From: a virus
Taxonomy: Duplodnaviria > Caudoviricetes
DNA: 35,338 bases
Direction: 5' to 3' (one strand)
Virus record (IMG/VR): IMGVR_UViG_3300030331_005120
Location: 1-35,338 of that record
Below, piece after piece: positions 1 to 7,642 of the stretch. Positions within the stretch are counted from its first letter, which is position 1; every line of letters starts with the position of its first letter. The position numbers and the translations under genes are program-made. Below the pieces are notes generated by a model. The model saw only the letters and a program-made list of their open reading frames with translations. It was not told where the DNA came from and did no database searches.

Positions 1-1
1 A

Positions 2-973
2 AACAGCACCGGCCATTTTGAAATAATTAACTCCGCCGACGATAAAGACATTATCTTTAAGTCTGACGACGGCTCTGGAGGCCAAACCGCTTACATCACC
101 CTCGACGGTAGCAACACAAGAATTATTGCGGATCAACATTTGCAAATGGCTAACGGTAAAGCGTTATTTGTTGGTGCAGATAATGATGCTGGGTTTTATC
201 ATCTTAGCGGTCATAACTATATAGAAAGCAATATAGGAAATTTAAATATTGTTCAAAACGCCGACGATGGAGACATCATTTTCCAGTCAGACGATGGCAA
301 CGGGGGGACGGCTACTTATTTTAGCCTTGATGGATCAGCCGCTACCCACGATGGGTCAAATACCACCGCCCTTTTCACCGTATTCCCTGACAAGTCACGT
401 ATCAGTCTGGGCACCTCGAATGATTGCTATTTGTATCACGACAGTGCAAATACTTATATTGAGAATAAAACCGGCAACTTAGAGATCCGAAACGACGCTA
501 CCGACGGGGACATCACGCTAAGGTCGGACAATGGCAGCGGTGGCTCTGATCCCTACATAACCATCGACGGAGGCAACACTCGAACGAACATCCACAAAGA
601 TCTCCAGTTTACCGACAACATAAAAGGTAAGTTCGGGACAAGTGGGGATCTGGAAATCTTCCACGACGCGAGTAATAGTTACATTGAAAATAAGAGCGCG
701 GGGGGTGACCTATACATCAAGAACGGAGCCAACGACAAGGACATCATCCTTGAATCTGACTCAGAGGAGTATATGCGCCTTGACGGTAGCGAAGAAGAGG
801 TCGTCTTCAGCAAGAAGATAAGGAGCGGGGTCGTTATCCAAGCTCCTTCTTCCTCCATAACACCAACAAACAACGGCGAGCTGGTCGTTGAAGCCTCATC
901 GAACAGCAAAATTACTTTTAAGTTGAAAGGGACCGATGGGGTCGTTAGAAGTGCTATAATTACCTTATCTTAA
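2..973 (+). CDS. Tail fibre / repeat-rich virion protein, 5'-truncated
   Basis: The frame is open from nt 2 (NSTGHFEIINSADDKDIIFKSDDGSGG...). Four imperfect repeats of N-x-x-G-x-L-x-I-x-N-x-x-D-x-D-I-I-x-x-S-D...Y-x-x-L-D-G. Gly/Asp/Asn-rich beta-type composition; C-terminus FKLKGTDGVVRSAIITLS. Confidence 0.75.
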   Translation, partial: NSTGHFEIINSADDKDIIFKSDDGSGGQTAYITLDGSNTRIIADQHLQMANGKALFVGADNDAGFYHLSGHNYIESNIGNLNIVQNADDGDIIFQSDDGNGGTATYFSLDGSAATHDGSNTTALFTVFPDKSRISLGTSNDCYLYHDSANTYIENKTGNLEIRNDATDGDITLRSDNGSGGSDPYITIDGGNTRTNIHKDLQFTDNIKGKFGTSGDLEIFHDASNSYIENKSAGGDLYIKNGANDKDIILESDSEEYMRLDGSEEEVVFSKKIRSGVVIQAPSSSITPTNNGELVVEASSNSKITFKLKGTDGVVRSAIITLS

Positions 974-987
974 AAATGAGAAAATAG

Positions 988-1016
988 TTGAACCCCAACC
1001 ATTTTCCCTCTAGCTT
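988..1016 (+). promoter_or_regulatory. sigma70-like promoter TTGAAC-N17-TAGCTT, 6 nt upstream of ATG 1023 (leaderless)
   Basis: Hexamers at 988-993 and 1011-1016, in the short intergenic gap. Confidence 0.6.
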
Positions 1017-1022
1017 CCCTCC

Positions 1023-1202
1023 ATGGCAAAAATCGAACTATCCGACGACGAGAGACGCGCATTGGCACAGCTCATCGACATCGCTGTGAAAGCAGGTGGC
1101 ATCAATGTGGCAGGAGCCGCTGCCCAACTATTCGCTAAGATTGCGGTTGAAGAACCACAGCTCGAAGCGGTTGAATCCCCTGAAGAGGGGGAAGATTCAT
1201 AG
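1023..1202 (+). CDS. 59-aa hypothetical protein (MAKIELSDDERRALAQLIDIAVKAGG...), possible tail-fibre chaperone; not in ORF track
   Basis: Manual translation ATG1023 to TAG1202. Fills the gap after the tail fibre gene; helical with an acidic tail. Confidence 0.75.
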   Translation: MAKIELSDDERRALAQLIDIAVKAGGINVAGAAAQLFAKIAVEEPQLEAVESPEEGEDS

Positions 1203-1223
1203 GGTTAAGCACCACGCTTAACC
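1203..1223 (+). terminator. 8-bp hairpin GGTTAAGC-ACCAC-GCTTAACC (terminator or operator)
   Basis: Perfect inverted repeat directly after the stop codon and abutting the next -35 box; no clear U-tract. Confidence 0.4.
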
Positions 1224-1225
1224 AC

Positions 1226-1253
1226 TTGAAATCCAGCCCTGTTTGAATATACT
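1226..1253 (+). promoter_or_regulatory. sigma70-like promoter TTGAAA-N16-TATACT, 6 nt upstream of GTG 1260 (leaderless)
   Basis: Hexamers at 1226-1231 and 1248-1253. Confidence 0.65.
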
Positions 1254-1259
1254 CGACAG

Positions 1260-2600
1260 GTGCCTGTATCTAGGAATCAGCCCAGCCCGCAAAGGCAGTC
1301 GGTCCTCTCTTTCGTATCGCCGAAGGTAGCGGACCTTCTGTTTTTTGAGACGGTTGACGCGCAAAAAGTAGGCAAGACACCGCCCGTTTACGGGACACCG
1401 CACCCTGATACAGAAAACTTTAAAGACCACAAATTGTGCTTCGTCAAGCAGGCCGATGCGAATGGCCTGATGTATGAGTATTACTACGCGGCAGACCGCG
1501 CATCTCAAGACGATTACAATTTTGAGTATGCCCAAGCCGACCTTGGGGGTAACAAATACGACACAGTAACGAGGACATACGTTACCTTACGTTCTTCTTT
1601 TAGTGACACCGGCGGGTCTGCAGCAGGAGATGCGATGCCTGATCCAACGAGTCAGTTCAACGCGGAGGATGTGCTGACGCATGACAATGTCTACGTTGGC
1701 GGCGTTGATGAAGTGGACGACGTTAGCACGGATTATATTTTTTACAGTAGGCAGCAAAAAAGAATCGGAGACAAAGAGCTCGACGGATTGTTTGTTGTCG
1801 AGCAGAAGCTGTATTTCCGGAGAGTAGACATTGTTACTCAGCGCCTCGACCCAACTACCGAGGGGTCTTTGAAGACGGTAGTTAAACTAATTCGACGGGG
1901 CGAGACGTTCAAAACCCCCACTCCGTCTCTCAATGGCAGCGTAACTGATCGCATAGCCGGATCTAAACAGTGGATTGATAAACAAAACTGGGGGCTCATG
2001 GACACGGGCCAGAACATAGACTGCCGCCAGCTGAGCCATGATTGGTGGCAAGTGACTATCCAAGATGTCATCCCACAAGGACTAGACGACGATTCTACGC
2101 ACAGCACTACTGGCAAAGTATTGCGAACCTACACAACTTATAAAAATTACACATGGCCCTCTGTTGTCGGCGGTTTAGTTTTTACTACGGTTGAGAAAAA
2201 AGACGGCTCTCGAAAAACAGTAGTCACTGTAAAAAACAAAGAAGGCAAAGACGGATTTAGCGGCCCAACAAAAATGACTGTGACGCAGATATGGAAGCGG
2301 ACAGCCATGACCCCTCCTGCTCCAGTAATATTTAAAACCGTGAGCGGCTCGTATGCTGGTGTGCAGTTTTCTGTGCGCGTAAGCAACGTATTGACTGAAG
2401 CAATCACGCTGACTGACTTTATCGGAACGAATGATCCGGTTTACAAACTAGGAGAATACGGTTTCCCAAAACCATTTGTTGGTCCGTCAACTCCAACGGA
2501 TTGGGCAAATCTTGCTAATCCTTTTATTGGTGCCGCTAGTCAGCGCCCATTTAGGGGAGGCTATCTCCTTGAGATTGTGCAAATTCATCATCCCTCTTGA
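1260..2600 (+). CDS. 446-aa hypothetical virion structural protein
   Basis: Long ORF in the structural block, Thr/Val/Tyr-rich; no recognisable catalytic motif. Confidence 0.7.
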   Translation: MPVSRNQPSPQRQSVLSFVSPKVADLLFFETVDAQKVGKTPPVYGTPHPDTENFKDHKLCFVKQADANGLMYEYYYAADRASQDDYNFEYAQADLGGNKYDTVTRTYVTLRSSFSDTGGSAAGDAMPDPTSQFNAEDVLTHDNVYVGGVDEVDDVSTDYIFYSRQQKRIGDKELDGLFVVEQKLYFRRVDIVTQRLDPTTEGSLKTVVKLIRRGETFKTPTPSLNGSVTDRIAGSKQWIDKQNWGLMDTGQNIDCRQLSHDWWQVTIQDVIPQGLDDDSTHSTTGKVLRTYTTYKNYTWPSVVGGLVFTTVEKKDGSRKTVVTVKNKEGKDGFSGPTKMTVTQIWKRTAMTPPAPVIFKTVSGSYAGVQFSVRVSNVLTEAITLTDFIGTNDPVYKLGEYGFPKPFVGPSTPTDWANLANPFIGAASQRPFRGGYLLEIVQIHHPS

Positions 2601-3793
2601 TGGAAGAAAATATCCCAGACGTTCTATCTGACCAGATTGACGACCCGAATCTTCCAGATGGAGGATCTATTGGGAGCCTCGATTGTGCTAACGTAGATTA
2701 CGACGACCCACATTTGTATCGCCCCCACGCATTTGCTTTGCGTCACGGAGACGACGGGGCGCAGATTGCTTACGGGGAACTGCACTGGCGGGTAGATACG
2801 ATTACCTTACAGTTCCAGAAAAAAACGGTCGCCGTAGATCCGCATCCTGATCACTCTCATGCACCCCACGCGAATCACTCGCACTCAGATCACACGGATC
2901 ACTCTCATGCGGACCACACGGACCATGAGCATAGTACCCCTGCACACACTCACACAGGAACAACTGACAATGCTAACCCCATAAATACGGGTTCAGATCA
3001 ATCAGATGGGACTGGTAGCTATGCACCAACATCCCACCTACACTCACACTCCCATACCCATACTTTTACAACTAATTCAAACACCGCAGACCATACTGGG
3101 GGAGTAGTATCCACCACCTCATCGGGCTCTAGTTCTGTTTCAGCCGAAGATGGTGTATTAGGGCACTCAGGTGTAACAACTACAAGCCATGGCACCCCTG
3201 CTAGTGACTCAGGGATTTTAGACCACTCAAACGCAGTAAATACTGACGGATCAGCTTTGGGGACCGACTCCGCAGGAGTCTTGAAACACTCAGGTGTCAA
3301 AGATGTTTCTGACGGAACATCCACTGCGCCAACCGAAGTTCTGAACCACACGGTCACAGGATTAGAAGGAGCAGGCAACGTGATCACTTATTGTGACGGG
3401 GCCGGACAGAGCGCGATCAATAATATTACGCAACAGGTTCCCAACATTAATGAAAAAGATGGAGAAGCAATGAACTCAAAACTCGACGGAGTTCACACTT
3501 TTCATCAGCTTGATGGCTACGGCGAAGTATATTTGTGTTGGGAAGTAGACTTTGAAGAATCGCCTAATGTTCAAAAATGTTGGGTGCAAATAGGGGTGCC
3601 GGTTGGCTCCGTTACAGGACCGGTATCAATTGGAAACGACACAACAGGAAGATTAACAGATCCTCCTGATGAATTTGCGGTTAGCACCTACCATGTTCAC
3701 ATTGGCACTGTTAATCTTAACGAGCGTGTTGTTCAAAAGATTTCTAGTGACGTGTCGTGGCAACCAATTGTAATGGACAGGGTTCGGGTTTAA
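2597..3793 (+). CDS. 398-aa His-rich tail spike/needle-like protein
   Basis: 25 His in the 169 aa encoded by 2843-3349, with many HxH doublets; overlaps the upstream stop codon. Confidence 0.7.
   Translation: MMEENIPDVLSDQIDDPNLPDGGSIGSLDCANVDYDDPHLYRPHAFALRHGDDGAQIAYGELHWRVDTITLQFQKKTVAVDPHPDHSHAPHANHSHSDHTDHSHADHTDHEHSTPAHTHTGTTDNANPINTGSDQSDGTGSYAPTSHLHSHSHTHTFTTNSNTADHTGGVVSTTSSGSSSVSAEDGVLGHSGVTTTSHGTPASDSGILDHSNAVNTDGSALGTDSAGVLKHSGVKDVSDGTSTAPTEVLNHTVTGLEGAGNVITYCDGAGQSAINNITQQVPNINEKDGEAMNSKLDGVHTFHQLDGYGEVYLCWEVDFEESPNVQKCWVQIGVPVGSVTGPVSIGNDTTGRLTDPPDEFAVSTYHVHIGTVNLNERVVQKISSDVSWQPIVMDRVRV
2843..2938 (+). repeat. 4 x 24-nt coding tandem repeat (HPDHSHAP/HANHSHSD/HTDHSHAD/HTDHEHST)
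   Basis: Direct reading, e.g. gatcactctcatgc occurs in units 1 and 3, cacacgga in units 3 and 4. Confidence 0.85.
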
Positions 3794-3803
3794 TCCCTGT
3801 TTC

Positions 3804-3832
3804 TTGACCCTTAACTCAAAATTTGTTAGCGT
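3804..3832 (+). promoter_or_regulatory. sigma70-like promoter TTGACC-N17-TAGCGT, 5 nt upstream of ATG 3838 (leaderless)
   Basis: Hexamers at 3804-3809 and 3827-3832, in a 44-nt intergenic gap. Confidence 0.6.
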
Positions 3833-3837
3833 TGGTT

Positions 3838-5157
3838 ATGGCTACGTTGACTGCCCAAGGGGTAACTGACGCCCTTCAATCTGTGTGCGGATCGCCTGCG
3901 GCACAAGGCGCTGAAGGTGAACCACAGTTTAGAAAAGAATTGAATCTCGCCCTACCCCGCCTCTACAACATGGGGCTATGGCGAGATCTTTTGTTTGAGC
4001 ACGTTGTGTCTACTTCCGACGGGACATTTACAATCCCCGACCACGCCGAGTCTATTGTTGCGGCTCTTCTCGACCCGACTGGGGATAGTGTAGATTACTC
4101 ATACCCGCAAAAAATACGCTCTCAGTTTCACGATTACAACATCGTGGGCCGAAACGACCGTGCTGGTGAGAACACACTGGCTGCTTTTGGTATTGTCGAT
4201 GATGGGTATTCTCCAACTATTGAAGAGGTCACAGCCCCTAGTGGCTTTACAGGTTATCAAATAGCTGTTTACCCTATTTTCCCAAATGTTGCAGTTCCTT
4301 CTGTTGTCGGAACAGACAACTTAATTATTAATTACAGTGTTTTAGCAGGAGCTAAAACAGCTACTTTGAGCTTAGGAGGAGAATCGGTTGTAAATGTTGG
4401 GGATTTTGATGTTCAAAATGTGTCGCAGATAAAAGTAGGTGGGGTCTCTTTGGGAGAAGACGTAGACGTTGTTGTAGTCCCTCGCGGATATGGAGGTTCT
4501 GTTGGCAGTGCCGTAAACGATTCACACCCGTCTCTGACTCTTGCTGGAATTACAGACAGTGCCCCTTTGGGAAGTTTTACTCAGTCAGCAAACGTAATTA
4601 CGGTTCCAGTAACAGATGCTAGTGATGTTTCTGTCGGGGACATAATAAATATAAATGGGTTCCCGAATTCTACCGGAGGAGTAAACGCAAATAGAGAATA
4701 CCGTGTTACCGGAGTTGATAAGACTAACAATAAAGTTTTTTTATACCGATCTGTTTCAGCAACCGATACATGGACAGCAAATAGTGACAGCAAAGTATTT
4801 CATTACCCTGTAACAAAACTAGCTGTTGTAAACGCAGCAGGCACCGTTAGTCGGTTTAGACGTTATCGTGTTGATGTAAATAATCAAAAAGCGTCACTTA
4901 GACTTTTGTTAAAAAGAAAATTTATACCCCTTATAGACGAGAATGATGTTATTCATGTCTCAAGTTTAAGCGCAATCAAGCATGCGATGCTCGGCAATAT
5001 TGCTGAAGAGAACGCAGACCTTGAGAGAGCCAACTACCATTGGAGCGTCTGCCGTGGAGTTCTTGACGAACAGCTAGACGCCCATCGTGGGGCTGCAAAG
5101 CCCGCCGTTCGTTTTGACCCCGCTGGCTCTGGTGGAACTGTTTTAAATATAATGTAA
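3838..5157 (+). CDS. Putative head-tail adaptor / tail tubular-type protein with inserted beta-rich domains
   Basis: Helical N-terminus (LNLALPRLY...W) and C-terminus (SAIKHAMLGNIAEENADLERANYHW) resemble podophage adaptor proteins; the middle is beta-rich. ATG 3838 is preferred over TTG 3823 because of the promoter position. Confidence 0.55.
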   Translation: MATLTAQGVTDALQSVCGSPAAQGAEGEPQFRKELNLALPRLYNMGLWRDLLFEHVVSTSDGTFTIPDHAESIVAALLDPTGDSVDYSYPQKIRSQFHDYNIVGRNDRAGENTLAAFGIVDDGYSPTIEEVTAPSGFTGYQIAVYPIFPNVAVPSVVGTDNLIINYSVLAGAKTATLSLGGESVVNVGDFDVQNVSQIKVGGVSLGEDVDVVVVPRGYGGSVGSAVNDSHPSLTLAGITDSAPLGSFTQSANVITVPVTDASDVSVGDIININGFPNSTGGVNANREYRVTGVDKTNNKVFLYRSVSATDTWTANSDSKVFHYPVTKLAVVNAAGTVSRFRRYRVDVNNQKASLRLLLKRKFIPLIDENDVIHVSSLSAIKHAMLGNIAEENADLERANYHWSVCRGVLDEQLDAHRGAAKPAVRFDPAGSGGTVLNIM

Positions 5158-5168
5158 CTTTTACCCCT

Positions 5169-5348
5169 ATGATCGAATATATTACAGAAAACGTAGACAC
5201 CCTGCTTCAAATCGCAGCGAGTGTAATCGCCGTAGCTTCTCTTGTTGCTACATTGACTCCTAACGAAAGCGACAATAAGTGGGTTTCCCGCGCTTCAGCA
5301 GTCATTTCATGGCTTGCCCTTAATGTGGGCAAAGCTAAGAGCAAGTGA
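5169..5348 (+). CDS. 59-aa holin-like membrane protein (MIEYITENVDTLLQIAASVIAVASLVATLTPNESDNKWV...); not in ORF track
   Basis: Manual translation: hydrophobic helix, TPxxxD turn, amphipathic helix, basic C-terminus; first gene of the lysis cassette. Confidence 0.7.
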   Translation: MIEYITENVDTLLQIAASVIAVASLVATLTPNESDNKWVSRASAVISWLALNVGKAKSK

Positions 5349-5545
5349 AATCTTTTGTTCAACTCTTAACTGCTGCACTCAATGCTTACATTGAAAGTGT
5401 TAGGTTCAAAAGAGATCAGCGCATTGACGAGCTGGAAGATGAGCTTGCTCGTTTGGCTGCTGACGGTAGCCCTTCTAGTAAGCTGCTCCTCGAACGTATG
5501 GCACGAAGAATACGCAGAGAGCGTAAACGACTCCGCTCTTTATGA
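5345..5545 (+). CDS. 66-aa coiled-coil protein, possible Rz/i-spanin-like partner
   Basis: GTGA overlap with the holin stop; helical and Arg-rich; overlaps the lipoprotein gene in another frame; lacks a clear TM helix. Confidence 0.5.
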   Translation: MKSFVQLLTAALNAYIESVRFKRDQRIDELEDELARLAADGSPSSKLLLERMARRIRRERKRLRSL

Positions 5546-5675
5546 TCCTCCTACCATCACTCTTGTAGAGGGCGTCCCTTATGACTTTGTTGAAGGAACT
5601 TTGATCGGTCGTAAGAACCATAAATTCCATTCTGATTACAGTTACCAACGAGCAATTATTATCGGAGACAAATGA
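5439..5675 (+). CDS. Lipoprotein, Rz1/o-spanin-like
   Basis: Hydrophobic signal MSLLVWLLTVALLVS-C with a lipobox, in the lysis cassette; an alternative start at 5382 is possible. Confidence 0.6.
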   Translation: MSLLVWLLTVALLVSCSSNVWHEEYAESVNDSALYDPPTITLVEGVPYDFVEGTLIGRKNHKFHSDYSYQRAIIIGDK

Positions 5676-5836
5676 TCAATACCCGTATTTTTGACTCACT
5701 AGTTGGGATGGCAGCTCCGGTAATAGGACTCGTCACCAGCATGCAGGAACAGTTCGAGTATTGGCTGAGAGTAGGATCTCTCGTTGTTGGCATCGCAGTA
5801 GGAGTAGCTTCACTTTACAGACTGATTAAGAAATGA
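5672..5836 (+). CDS. 54-aa second holin-like membrane protein (MINTRIFDSLVGMAAPVIGLV...LRVGSLVVGIAVGVASLYRLIKK); not in ORF track
   Basis: Manual translation; ATGA overlaps at both ends; two hydrophobic segments and a basic C-terminus; directly upstream of the endolysin. Confidence 0.7.
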   Translation: MINTRIFDSLVGMAAPVIGLVTSMQEQFEYWLRVGSLVVGIAVGVASLYRLIKK

Positions 5837-6390
5837 AGATTGGGTTAGCAGTAGGACATTCTCGTCGAGGAGACGAGGGGGCCATGACTTCTCGTGAGTC
5901 TGGCTATTCTATTTCGGAGTGGATGTTTAATAGCGATTTAGTTCGGCGTATTGCTACCCCGTTGCCTGTAGAGTTTAAAATTTACGACGACTACAACGCG
6001 GATAGTTATTCTGATGGTATCGCCAATCTTGCTAAAATGCTTAAAGACGACGGCATCGATGCCGTGATTGAGTTTCATTTTAATTCAGCAAGCCCTTCTG
6101 CTGTTGGGCACGAATGGCTTTACTGGCACAGCAGCAAAAAAGGCAGCAAGTTAGCATATACTTTGCGGGATGAAATGGAGGCAACATATCCTGACATGAA
6201 ATCTCGTGGGGCAAAACCCCGAAGCGCAGATCAAAGGGGCAGTCTTTTTTTAAGGAAAACGCCGTGCGCAGCAGTTATCGCAGAGCCTTTTTTTGGCAGT
6301 AATTGTGAAGAGTGGCAGTCTATAAACAATAATCGGGGCAAATTGGCGGGTGTGTTTGTCAGAGCAATAACAAAATTTTCAGGAGGATGA
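5833..6390 (+). CDS. Endolysin, N-acetylmuramoyl-L-alanine amidase (Amidase_3 type)
   Basis: Zn-binding/catalytic motifs LAVGH, SE, EFHFNS and AVIAEPFF. Confidence 0.9.
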   Translation: MKIGLAVGHSRRGDEGAMTSRESGYSISEWMFNSDLVRRIATPLPVEFKIYDDYNADSYSDGIANLAKMLKDDGIDAVIEFHFNSASPSAVGHEWLYWHSSKKGSKLAYTLRDEMEATYPDMKSRGAKPRSADQRGSLFLRKTPCAAVIAEPFFGSNCEEWQSINNNRGKLAGVFVRAITKFSGG

Positions 6391-6698
6391 CTGTCCCCAA
6401 ATCAATTCGTATAGCCGGAGTTCCGGTTAAAATAATACGAGAAGATTTGAGCGATGAGAACAACCGCTCTAAAGGATATTATGGTTATTACTCGCATGAG
6501 CGTAAAACGATAGTCATTGATAAAAATTTAAAACCCGCAGACGTAAAAACAACTGTTCGCCATGAGATGCTCCACGCTTGTCTCGCATTTAGCGGACTCG
6601 ATAGATTGGATTCCTTCGAGGAAGAAAGTTTGGTAGTTTGTATAGAAGAGTTGTTTTTCCCTGCGTGGGAAAGATTCTGCAAAAGATTCAAAGTATAA
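6387..6698 (+). CDS. Small zincin-like metallopeptidase
   Basis: HEMLH motif preceded by G-x-Y...I-x-I strands and followed by EEE. Confidence 0.75.
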   Translation: MTVPKSIRIAGVPVKIIREDLSDENNRSKGYYGYYSHERKTIVIDKNLKPADVKTTVRHEMLHACLAFSGLDRLDSFEEESLVVCIEELFFPAWERFCKRFKV

Positions 6699-6889
6699 TG
6701 GCTAAAAAGAAAAAATCTAAATCCCGCGTCAATGAAGCTGGTAACTACACGAAACCAGCTATGCGAAAGCGGCTGTTTCAGAGGATTAAAGCGGGATCAA
6801 AAGGCGGACCTCGTGGAGTGTGGAGCGCGAGAAAAGCGCAATTGCTGGCTGCGAGGTATCGAAAAGCTGGTGGGGGATATCGTAATTAA
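6698..6889 (+). CDS. 63-aa basic protein (YTKP..RKRL...GSKGG..G.WSARKAQ......GGGY), resembling the N-half of the DUF5872-like family
   Basis: Motif recalled from memory; TAATG coupling gives the start at 6698. Confidence 0.75.
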   Translation: MAKKKKSKSRVNEAGNYTKPAMRKRLFQRIKAGSKGGPRGVWSARKAQLLAARYRKAGGGYRN

Positions 6890-6894
6890 AAATT

Positions 6895-7173
6895 ATGGCT
6901 TTACGAAAATCACAACAATCCCTCCGCAATTGGACAAAGCAAAAGTGGAGAACTAAATCAGGCAAGAAGTCTTCGGAGACAGGAGAGCGATACTTGCCAG
7001 ACGCCGCGATAAAATCTTTGTCTGCTTCTGAATACGCGGCTGGAACTAGGCGCAAACGTAAAGCTAAAGCCAGCGGCAAGACCCGCGCTAAATACACCGA
7101 AGCAGAACGCCGAGCATTTTTGAGGGCATCAGGTAAATCCCCCTCAAAACGAAAACGTAAAATCAAAAAATAA
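6895..7173 (+). CDS. 92-aa basic protein (QQSLRNWTKQKWRT...RYLP), resembling the C-half of the same family
   Basis: Motif recalled from memory; very Lys/Arg-rich. Confidence 0.75.
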   Translation: MALRKSQQSLRNWTKQKWRTKSGKKSSETGERYLPDAAIKSLSASEYAAGTRRKRKAKASGKTRAKYTEAERRAFLRASGKSPSKRKRKIKK

Positions 7174-7179
7174 ATAGAT

Positions 7180-7359
7180 ATGAAAGGACCTAAAAGTGAA
7201 AAGGACTTCAAACCGCATATGATGTATTCCCCTGACGGGAAAAAAGCGGTTATGACAAAAACATTCAAAGAGCATCTTGCTCTGAAGAATAAAGGGTTTA
7301 GCCATAAAAAAATGGCTAAAAAGAAAAACGGAAAAATGATGGGTGGCAGTGGCTACTAA
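7180..7359 (+). CDS. 59-aa basic protein (MKGPKSEKDFKPHMMYSPDG...EHLALKNKGFSH...); not in ORF track
   Basis: Manual translation ATG7180 to TAA7359; fills the gap between flanking genes. Confidence 0.75.
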   Translation: MKGPKSEKDFKPHMMYSPDGKKAVMTKTFKEHLALKNKGFSHKKMAKKKNGKMMGGSGY

Positions 7360-7642
7360 ACGATTCAAACGATTGCCCTCTGGCCGGATCTCGTATCTCG
7401 GCGAGACGTTTGCTGGGTTCAACAAACCAAAACGAGCTCCTAAAGGGAGCAAGAAGAAGTTTGTTGTTCTCGGCAAACAGGGAGACAAAATTAAAAAAGT
7501 GTCATACGGACATCGTGATTACTCTGATTTCCGAAAACACAAGAACCCCAAACGTCGTGCTAACTTTCGAGCGCGGCATAATTGCGCCACGGCAAAGGAC
7601 AAAACTACAGCAAGATATTGGGCGTGTAAGCATCTCTGGTAG
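7343..7642 (+). CDS. 99-aa basic protein with RRANFRARHNC...ARYWAC..LW motif (widespread aquatic virus family)
   Basis: Motif recognition; start is GTG 7343 or 7349. Confidence 0.8.
   Translation: MAVATKRFKRLPSGRISYLGETFAGFNKPKRAPKGSKKKFVVLGKQGDKIKKVSYGHRDYSDFRKHKNPKRRANFRARHNCATAKDKTTARYWACKHLW

Noticed and set aside
2-3793. Diversity-generating retroelement acting on tail genes
   Set aside because: No reverse transcriptase in the window and no template/variable repeat pair differing at adenines was noticed.
6880-6900. Programmed frameshift fusing the two basic ORFs
   Set aside because: No X XXY YYZ slippery heptamer before the TAA, and the second ORF has its own ATG.
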